Source: Bdellovibrionota bacterium
GTDB taxonomy: Bacteria > Bdellovibrionota_C > UBA2361
Assembly (NCBI GenBank): GCA_044352465.1
Contig: JBILDU010000026.1
Location: forward strand, 1-33,946
Direction: 5' to 3'
Length of the DNA stretch: 33,946 bases
In this document: piece after piece, positions 1-6,334 of the stretch
How the letters are laid out: each line of letters begins with the position of its first letter
How positions within the stretch are numbered: position 1 is the first letter of the stretch
Position numbers and translations under genes: made by a program
The notes under the pieces: generated by a model
Database searches by the model: none
The model's input: the letters and a program-made list of their open reading frames with translations, nothing else
Told to the model about the DNA's origin: nothing

Positions 1-81
1 ACCGGTGAGACGATCCAGATTTCGGCGAAGAAGCGTGTTCGCTTCACCGCTGCGAAGGCTTTGAAGGACGCGGTCCTCTAA
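1..81 (+). CDS. hup: HU/IHF-family DNA-binding protein, 3' end (partial)
   Basis: Frame 1 reads TGETIQISAKKRVRFTAAKALKDAVL*, the typical HU C-terminal arm and helix. Confidence 0.9.
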   Translation, partial: TGETIQISAKKRVRFTAAKALKDAVL

Positions 82-123
82 GCTGGGTCGGTAAGAAGCG
101 ATGGGTTTCCCATCGCTGAAGAG

Positions 124-156
124 CGCCGGGGAGGGAAACCTCTCCGGCGTTTTTTT
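124..156 (+). terminator. Rho-independent terminator after HU
   Basis: CGCCGGGGAGG-GAAA-CCTCTCCGGCG stem (one G-U) followed by T7. A second perfect hairpin AGCGATGGG-TTT-CCCATCGCT lies at 97-117. Confidence 0.9.
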
Positions 157-403
157 ATCGAAAATTGCTGTAGGGCCGTGCGAGTTTTTCGTATCTCCCT
201 CGATTCACAACGACTTCACGTCCGCTCCTGGCGTTCCGTGTAGATGAATGAGCGCCGATTTGTGAAGTATCGCCCCGCTCCCGCCCGATACATAAACGCC
301 GGGCTACTCAGTGAGCTGCCGGTCATTCGGTGGTCTTCACGCGATTAAGAGACGGCCCGACGGGCTGGGGTTACTTTGGTTGATAAAAAAAGGGGTGGGG
401 TAT

Positions 404-745
404 ATGGCGGTTCTGGCGCTGCGGGAAAATGAGAATCCGTCTCGGGGGGAGAGTGCGCTTCTAGAGCTTCAGTATCGGCTCGCCGCACGTTCGCCGGTGA
501 GCGCCGAAGACATTCGCAGTGCGGTCGCGGCCGACGCTGCGGCGCTCCGGTCGATGAGCCTCGTCGTACTTACAAAGCTCCTCGACTCGACCGCCATCCC
601 ACTTGAGCACGCTGATATCACCGCGATAGGGGGGCTTATTCGCGATGAGATGGTGAAGCTCCCCCTCGCCGAGCCCGAACTGTTTCTCAATTACGCCCAG
701 GCGGCGGTTATCTGCGTCAAGAGCGCCAGCAAGCGAGATACCTAG
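404..745 (+). CDS. hypothetical protein (113 aa, helical)
   Basis: ATG at 404 preceded by G-rich AGGGGTGGGG. Protein-like composition, no motif recognised. Confidence 0.6.
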   Translation: MAVLALRENENPSRGESALLELQYRLAARSPVSAEDIRSAVAADAAALRSMSLVVLTKLLDSTAIPLEHADITAIGGLIRDEMVKLPLAEPELFLNYAQAAVICVKSASKRDT

Positions 746-1256
746 AGCACGAAACATAGAGTTGTTCACCCGGGCTCTTCTTCGCGTTGCGTCAGGTGCC
801 TGCGCTTCGCTCCGGTGCCCGGGCTGCCGGGCAGCCACTGGTAGCGTGCTAGTACGTGGCAACTAGCTATGTTGCTGAGATGATGAGTTTATGAGAGAGA
901 ATGTCATCGGCATCGCCCCGCTTTGAGAACACCAGGGCGGTATCGGCGTTCAGCCCCCAGTGATTCCCTGGGTTAACCGCGCGGCTCGCACCGCCGAAGC
1001 TCCCCAAGTCCGTTGATGCCTACCGTCGTGTTCCTAGCTCCTACGCCTGGCTTATCCACTCGTATGCCCGGGAAGCTGCATGGCTCCAAACTCCGGGGTG
1101 ATACTTCGCTTATCAAAACAACTCGATCGAGCGAGGGAGTTGCCACGCACCAACATTTGGGGATGTCGCGCCATAAAGGCGCGCCGGAGCGTAAACCCGA
1201 TTGGTGCTCGTCCGCCGAACGTGGGTAGAATCGGGGGCAAGCGGAGTGGGGGAGCG

Positions 1257-1853
1257 ATGACTCAACGAGTGACGATCGGTTGGTGGTTACGGGTGTTTGC
1301 GGTCTGTGCGATTTTTGGGGCAGCGACGGCGGGTGGGGCGGAGCCGGCACCACCGGTGTGCCGCGATGAATTCTGCTTCGCCGCAGAGGCCGATGTCGTT
1401 GGTATGCCCTTAACACTGCGGGGGGTGAGCACCTTTCGATATTGGGGCTTTCGGGTCTATACCGGGGCTTTGTACCTGCCGACGACGGAGACATCAGCAG
1501 CGGCGGTTCTGGGGGAGACACCTAAGAAGCTCGTGCTCAGATACCATCGCAATGTGTCGGTCGATCAATTTGTGGAGAAGTCCGAGGAGGTCCTCGAAGA
1601 ACATCCTCAGTTCTCACCCGAGAAGATCCGTCCGTTTCTAAGCCGCATCAATGCGCTCTATGAGCCGGTGGAGAAAGGGGATGCCTACGCGATCACCTAC
1701 GACCCCATACCAGGAACGCTGAGCCTGTTCTTCAACGAACGACTGTTGGGCCAGATCCGCGATCGCGACTTTGCGCGAGCCTATTTCGGTATTTGGGTGT
1801 CCGATTATTCGGTGAGTAAGAGGTTCACCGACGAGTTGTTAGGCCGGGGGTGA
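1257..1853 (+). CDS. secreted chalcone-isomerase-like (Chalcone_3-type) protein
   Basis: GGAG before ATG 1257, signal peptide, LTLRGVSTFRYWGFRVYTGALY, VEKGD, FARAYFGIW and terminal LLG are characteristic of this family. Confidence 0.85.
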   Translation: MTQRVTIGWWLRVFAVCAIFGAATAGGAEPAPPVCRDEFCFAAEADVVGMPLTLRGVSTFRYWGFRVYTGALYLPTTETSAAAVLGETPKKLVLRYHRNVSVDQFVEKSEEVLEEHPQFSPEKIRPFLSRINALYEPVEKGDAYAITYDPIPGTLSLFFNERLLGQIRDRDFARAYFGIWVSDYSVSKRFTDELLGRG

Positions 1854-2043
1854 CGCGCGCCCTCTCCGGACGTGGTCAAAGGTTGCCCCCTGGAACAGCA
1901 GAATTGGAGATCTGCCGTCGATCTTTTGGGGTATGTCTCCAGGTTGGCGATGGGAGTTCGCCGTTAGATCTCTAGCTCGGTAGAAGCTAACAAGCCGCAG
2001 ATAGGACGCAACTCCCGCCTGCACATCGAGGAGTTCCAGGAGG

Positions 2044-2073
2044 TTGTTTAGGATCTCGAGGTCGGGGTAAAAT
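2044..2073 (+). promoter_or_regulatory. possible sigma70-type promoter upstream of the cassette
   Basis: TTGTTT (2044-2049), 18-bp spacer, TAAAAT (2068-2073). Confidence 0.35.
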
Positions 2074-2109
2074 CATGTGCCGAACTGGGGATCAATACTG
2101 TTAGGCCTC

Positions 2110-2565
2110 ATGGACAGTTCCTCGATCGCTCACCATATAACCGGCACATTTGCCGGCATTTATCCTCTATCCGCTTGGGGTGAGACTTCATTCTTCTACA
2201 ACCCTGGTCGCAAGCTACCTCGAGGCATCTACTTCGCTACGGTCAAGGACAAGGATGGAGACAATGACCGTGCATCCAACCTTCACCGCCCGGGCGTATT
2301 CCGCTTGAACTTTGGCATCAGCAAGCCCACCTATCGCTCTCTGTTCGGGCCGCCACCAGTACGGCCTCCCGCTGGTGGCGTCGTCGATACTGGGCATGAT
2401 TTTGCTACCTTGGATCAGCTCCTGCCCCACCCTGTGTATGGCTGGATGTCATGGGTTTGTGTCCTCAACCCCAGTGCCAGAACATTTAATACTGTCGAGC
2501 CGCTGCTGGCCGAAGCCTATGATCTGGCTGTCTCCAAGTTTGCCAAAAGGGCTTCGTGCGGCTGA
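2110..2565 (+). CDS. DUF6194-like hypothetical protein (cassette ORF)
   Basis: SAWGETSFFYNPG, YFATVKDKDGDNDRASNL, GVFRLNFGI and LLPHPVYGWMSWVCVLNPS match my recollection of DUF6194. Confidence 0.8.
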   Translation: MDSSSIAHHITGTFAGIYPLSAWGETSFFYNPGRKLPRGIYFATVKDKDGDNDRASNLHRPGVFRLNFGISKPTYRSLFGPPPVRPPAGGVVDTGHDFATLDQLLPHPVYGWMSWVCVLNPSARTFNTVEPLLAEAYDLAVSKFAKRASCG

Positions 2566-2566
2566 T

Positions 2567-2611
2567 GCCTCACATATCAGTCGAAAAGCTGTCGCGCCGA
2601 AGCATTTGATT
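2567..2611 (+). other. attC site, left half (R'', L'' and stem)
   Basis: GCCTCAC (R'', one change from GCCTAAC), 5-bp spacer ATATC, 8-nt L'' AGTCGAAA, then stem AGCTGTCGCGCC. Confidence 0.75.
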
Positions 2612-2719
2612 GTAACCGTCCACCCTCACCCGTCCTAGCGGATCTCCTCGACATCTGATCGAAGTGGTGCGTGAGCGAAGTGCTGCTTCCAGAGCCTCGG
2701 GGTGAGGGTGGACGGTTAC
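2612..2719. repeat. 108-bp unit with perfect 20-bp inverted repeats (MITE-like IS66 mini-element)
   Basis: GTAACCGTCCACCCTCACCC at 2612-2631 and its exact reverse complement at 2700-2719. Confidence 0.85.
2635..2706 (-). pseudogene. tnpC: IS66 TnpC transposase C-terminal remnant (23 codons)
   Basis: Minus strand reads LTPRLWKQHFAHAPLRSDVEEIR*, a recognisable IS66 TnpC C-terminus, with the stop 3 bp from the 20-bp terminal repeat. Confidence 0.75.
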
Positions 2720-2805
2720 GGCTTAGAGGCCCTCTGACCGTACGAAATGGCATTTTCCCGGAGAAGCACTAGAGATTTGTGCAGGCTCACTGAGGTCATC
2801 CTTAA

Positions 2806-2829
2806 GTACGGCTGGGGTTGGACGCTTAC
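2806..2829. mobile_element. additional isolated IS66 terminal repeat
   Basis: Reverse complement GTAAGCGTCCAACCCCAGCCGTAC, 19/24 identical to the end at 2612 and starting with the classic GTAAGCG. Confidence 0.7.
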
Positions 2830-2954
2830 GGGAAGGGCACCCCGCTGATCGTCGCCGCGGCCTCCCACCCTGTCAGAGCGCTAAGTGCGGTTACACGAGA
2901 GCCCAGGAGCACGTGTTCCCAGCGGTACGCTCACATGTGGCTTCCGAGCAGGCT

Positions 2955-3635
2955 TTAGTACGACCGTAGCTCACGACCACTTTCGATGGTAACCGACACC
3001 GACGAGCCTTTAGTCTGGATGCAACATTTGCCCTTGCAACCTGCTGTGCACCAGTTACCGCTCGTTGTGCATCCCCCGTTCTCTGAGATATCCCCTTCGA
3101 TCTTGCCACCAGCTTTTTCGCAAGCCTCTTTCAAGTTCGATTTACAAACTTGGTATGCGACGTCACAACTCGGGTCACCGAAGTCACCACCACCTCCGCA
3201 ATTAAGCGGAGTTTTGGGCTCCTTTCCCACAGCGGTCATCTCCGAACACGGATCTTTGCAATAGCATTTGTCGCCAGCCGGGTCGTACGTGCACTTCTTA
3301 TTTCCATTACAGGTCCCGCCGCACTGCGGCGCAGTAGCAGTGGGACAGGTCTCGGCGGGAGGTGGAGGAAGGGGATTGCACTTACAATAATTCGAATCAG
3401 TTGGGTGAACACCGCAGGTGGTACCCGCGGGACAGGTGCCGTTGCACTGACCATTTTCTTTCTTACAGGTCCACTGCCCCGGCTGATTGAGGCACTCACG
3501 TGGGAGAAGCTCCTTGTCTCCGCTCAAGATAGCCTCCTCAAGAAGGGTGGAGCAGTTCGCAACCTCGGGCTGCGCAAATGAGCTGCTGCTGCAGACGAAT
3601 ATCGCGACGAAACCGAGGACGACTTTTTTTAACAT
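2955..3635 (-). CDS. secreted cysteine-rich repeat protein (226 aa)
   Basis: Sec signal MLKKVVLGFVAIFVCSSSSFA, 24 Cys in the mature part, two tandem 6-Cys modules joined by a poly-Pro linker. Confidence 0.85.
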   Translation of the reverse strand: MLKKVVLGFVAIFVCSSSSFAQPEVANCSTLLEEAILSGDKELLPRECLNQPGQWTCKKENGQCNGTCPAGTTCGVHPTDSNYCKCNPLPPPPAETCPTATAPQCGGTCNGNKKCTYDPAGDKCYCKDPCSEMTAVGKEPKTPLNCGGGGDFGDPSCDVAYQVCKSNLKEACEKAGGKIEGDISENGGCTTSGNWCTAGCKGKCCIQTKGSSVSVTIESGRELRSY

Positions 3636-3983
3636 TCTTTACCCCGAAACACTGTTACCCGCTTGCCAGTATAGCTCATCGGATTGGGTCAACCAATCCA
3701 AAAACATCGCTCAACACAACGGAGTCGGTCGAGCCCTTCGTATGCTCGATCGATGAAGATCTCATAGTAAAAACAGACGATTAGTCGAGCCACGCGGTCA
3801 GGCTAGTAGGGTTAAAGTTCACCCACTCTCCCCAGGAACTCAAGCCTAGTTGCGATCGAGAAACTCCATTTATCTCTCTGATTTCCTTCGCGGTGATAGA
3901 GATTTCTCCGCCCCGCACCACGACTAAGAGCAACTTCTCCTTGAAACTCCCATAACACCTAAGAGTTTTGGGGATCGGGTTTT

Positions 3984-4511
3984 ATGCAGATTTCAGGCTT
4001 TCGGCCGCTCGCGGTAGCGGCTTTTCTGGCGCTTATGTCGCCCGCCGTAGCCTGGGGGACGTGCGAAACTGTGCCGAGTGCCGTTGCCGGTACCGAGCAG
4101 ATCCGGTGCGAGTCGGGTGTTGAGTTTAAGATCGTTGCCGCTCGTGTGGATGAACCCGCCGTCGCGAAAATGAAACTGCCCGGACCGTTCGGCACAATGG
4201 AGTTCACCGCGGCCTATGTTCGTCCAGGGGAGCTCGTTCGACTTGTTGGGGTTCAAAAAGGCGCGCGGGGGCCCGCCACACCAAAGCTCTACGCATTCCT
4301 CAAAGGCAATACCGTTCGCTGGATAACCTTGGTACAGACAACTGAAGGTGGAGCAACACGAACCGAGATTCGGCACAATTTAACCGGCGTCACCCGGGTG
4401 GAGCGCATACAGGGCGCGCTCGATCTCCCGGCCCCCACGAATCTCCGACTCATTGAACACCGTGTTGAGGCACCTCTCCCGGAGGCGGTCTATACGCGCC
4501 TGGGGCTGTAG
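3984..4511 (+). CDS. putative secreted hypothetical protein (175 aa)
   Basis: Signal-peptide-like N-terminus (RPLAVAAFLALMSPAVAWG), beta-strand-like sequence pattern, Cys pair near the mature N-terminus. Confidence 0.7.
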   Translation: MQISGFRPLAVAAFLALMSPAVAWGTCETVPSAVAGTEQIRCESGVEFKIVAARVDEPAVAKMKLPGPFGTMEFTAAYVRPGELVRLVGVQKGARGPATPKLYAFLKGNTVRWITLVQTTEGGATRTEIRHNLTGVTRVERIQGALDLPAPTNLRLIEHRVEAPLPEAVYTRLGL

Positions 4512-4531
4512 ACTAACGGCGTAGTGAAAGC

Positions 4532-4870
4532 TTAACCGGTATCGATGAGCCACATCGTTGATTGTTTCATGCCGACACCCTCAAACCCAAATCCACAAAT
4601 TATTGAAGCGAGTTCACGTCGCCCATCGGCGCAGCGTACTTCGAATCTTCCCCGTTCAAGGTGTTTCGCAAACACGCACCATCCGGTTCGATCCCAGAAT
4701 ACTCCCTTGAGGAGTTTACGGCGGCGGTTCACAAAGACGTAAAAATCTCCCGTCAATGGATCGGCATCCAGATGCGCTTTTACCGCTGCTACCAGTCCAT
4801 CAAACGAGCACCGCATATCGATCGGCTCGCCGTACGCAAAGATCTTCTTCGGTTCTCCCCGCCACCACAT
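4532..4870 (-). CDS. tnpB: IS66 family accessory protein TnpB (Orf2)
   Basis: PIDMRCSFDGL, DPLTGDFYVFVNRRR, WDRTGWCVFAKHLERGRF. ATG overlaps the tnpA stop (TGATG). C-terminus looks diverged. Confidence 0.9.
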   Translation of the reverse strand: MWWRGEPKKIFAYGEPIDMRCSFDGLVAAVKAHLDADPLTGDFYVFVNRRRKLLKGVFWDRTGWCVFAKHLERGRFEVRCADGRRELASIICGFGFEGVGMKQSTMWLIDTG

Positions 4871-5121
4871 CACTCACTCCGTACTCGAAGGGCCGTACCG
4901 TCTGGGAACACGAACTCGAGGGTCGTTTTCGTCCGGGTGGGTGGGGTGACCTCTGAAAACGCTCCGGTAAGCCGTTCCTGTTGAAGCTAGTATTGGAGTG
5001 TCGAGACCGAGACACCGGCGCCTTCACAAAAAGCGCGCTGCGTCTCCCCGCTCGCTCGGTACCGGGTAAGCATGGCTCACCGCCGGTCAGGGATTAATCG
5101 GTTCCTTCGCTCCTCGCTCAT
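4870..5121 (-). pseudogene. tnpA: IS66 family TnpA (HTH) with two in-frame stops
   Basis: MSEERRNRLIPDRR*AMLTRYRASGETQRAFCEGAGVSVSTLQY*LQQERL...LEFVFPDGTALRVRSE*. Stops at 5077-5079 and 4987-4989, the second at the conserved YW tryptophan. AGGAGG upstream. Confidence 0.85.
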
Positions 5122-5210
5122 AGTCCTCCTTAAAAGCTATCGGAGGGACTTCTCGCATGGGCGGTAGGGGCGCGGGAAGAACGGTGCGGGATGGGCGGTT
5201 ACACTTGATT

Positions 5211-5256
5211 TGATCATGTTCGAATTGGTACGACACTTTTCGCTGAAGCGTTATCG
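5211..5256 (+). other. attC site, right half (stem, L', R')
   Basis: GGTACGACACT, 7-nt L' TTTCGCT (5238-5244), 5-bp spacer GAAGC, GTT core at 5250. Reverse complement TCAGCGAAAAGTGTCGTACC pairs with 2577-2598 leaving two extra bases. Confidence 0.75.
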
Positions 5257-5423
5257 CTTGCGGAAGTTTCTATAGCCTTGGCTCCGCGAGAGGTGAATCT
5301 CATGGTCATTTGAGCAACACGACCAGTTGCCGCCTACCAGCATTCGAGCCGTATTGGCATCGCCACGATCGCATCGGAAGCCTTCCGCGAATCCTTGCTC
5401 ACGAAGGAGGCATCTAAATCCAA

Positions 5424-6233
5424 ATGGATATTCCCCCGGAGAACTCCTCCCCCTTTGGAAACGGCGTCATACGCCCAACAGCGCCTTTCCAATTCCAGGT
5501 GGTTGACTACGTTCCACAGCTCCGTCTTGGACTTCGGCTCGAGTGTGACCCGACTAATTTCATCGATCGCTACATCCTCGCAAACGGAATCTGGGAACCC
5601 CTCGTGTTGAGCGCGCTACATGCGCTCGTGAAGCCGGGAGACGTCTGTGTCGACGTTGGTGCGAACGCCGGCTACCTCTCGCTCGTCATGGCGGGGCTGG
5701 TCGGCGCTGCGGGTAAGGTTCTCTCGTTCGAACCGAATCGAGCGATCGTACCCAAATTTAGGAGAAATCTCGAGTTGAATCCAAGCCTACAGTCGAGGAT
5801 CGAGCTCCACACTACGGGACTTGGGCGAGAGGCTACTACTATGTTTCTTGCGCCCGACGAGAGCGAGATCGTGGGGAACGCGAGCCTCGTATCCTTGGCT
5901 GGAGCGATAACGACCGAATCCATCAGAGTGGAAACGCTCGACTCGCATCACCTCACGCGGGTTGACTGTATGAAGATCGATGTGGAAGGTATGGAGCTCG
6001 ATGTATTGATGGGGGCATCAAAGACCATCGCTGTATCGAGACCGGTCATCGTGTTCGAAACGTTACGAGCGCGGCCCCCCGAGCATCATCTCGTCGTGGC
6101 CAACTACCTGCGGGAGTTCGGCTACGGCATCTATTCCGTTGATTTTGAGGGGAAAAAATTTAAGCCGATAACGACCGCTCTGTTTCCCCAAGAGGACACC
6201 TACGCGATCCATCCAGCTCGGTTCAAACTATAA
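5424..6233 (+). CDS. FkbM family methyltransferase
   Basis: VDVGANAGYLS, VLSFEPN, MKIDVEGMELDVLMGA, RPVIVFE. AAGGAGG upstream. Confidence 0.92.
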   Translation: MDIPPENSSPFGNGVIRPTAPFQFQVVDYVPQLRLGLRLECDPTNFIDRYILANGIWEPLVLSALHALVKPGDVCVDVGANAGYLSLVMAGLVGAAGKVLSFEPNRAIVPKFRRNLELNPSLQSRIELHTTGLGREATTMFLAPDESEIVGNASLVSLAGAITTESIRVETLDSHHLTRVDCMKIDVEGMELDVLMGASKTIAVSRPVIVFETLRARPPEHHLVVANYLREFGYGIYSVDFEGKKFKPITTALFPQEDTYAIHPARFKL

Positions 6234-6334
6234 ACCGTTGAGGGGGAGCGGGGCATGCCTCGGCGCATGATCCCCACAGATTTGTCCTCTCGGGCTATAT
6301 TCTTTGTGGCGTCGCTTCCACCAAGTGCTCGAGC

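Larger units (their letters stand above)
2612..5202 (-). mobile_element. non-autonomous IS66-family derivative carrying passenger genes
   Basis: Ends GTAACCGTCCACCCTCACCCGT (2612) and GTAACCGCCCATCCCGCACCGT (reverse complement, ending at 5202), 16/22 identical. Flanks ATTTGATT (2604-2611) and ACTTGATT (5203-5210). tnpA, tnpB and the tnpC tail all lie on the minus strand in canonical order. Confidence 0.8.
2100..5256 (+). mobile_element. solitary integron gene cassette (DUF6194-like ORF + attC), interrupted by an IS66 derivative
   Basis: GTTAGGC core (2100-2106) 3 bp before the ATG. Near-complementary GCCTCAC (2567-2573) right after the stop. The two attC halves pair once 2612-5210 is removed. 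Confidence 0.8.

Noticed and set aside
1838..1844. GTTAGGC core-site-like heptamer at the end of the chalcone-isomerase-like gene
   Set aside because: It encodes the family-typical terminal Leu-Leu-Gly and has no matching attC stem.
1963..2106. GTTAGAT (1963) and GCTAACAAGCCGC (1986) as parts of a second, upstream attC
   Set aside because: No complementary L''/L' boxes or stem link them to the core at 2100, so a cassette array is not supported.
2612..2829. Repeats spaced about 110 bp apart read as a CRISPR array
   Set aside because: They are inverted or diverged IS66 ends, the spacing is too long, and no cas genes are present.
2872..2894. Fourth IS66-like end (reverse complement GTAACCGCAC...)
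   Set aside because: Only the terminal 7-8 bases match the other ends, which is compatible with chance.
4532..4870. TnpB as an RNA-guided IS200/IS605 nuclease
   Set aside because: This is the unrelated ~113-aa IS66 accessory protein, with no RuvC or zinc-finger motifs.
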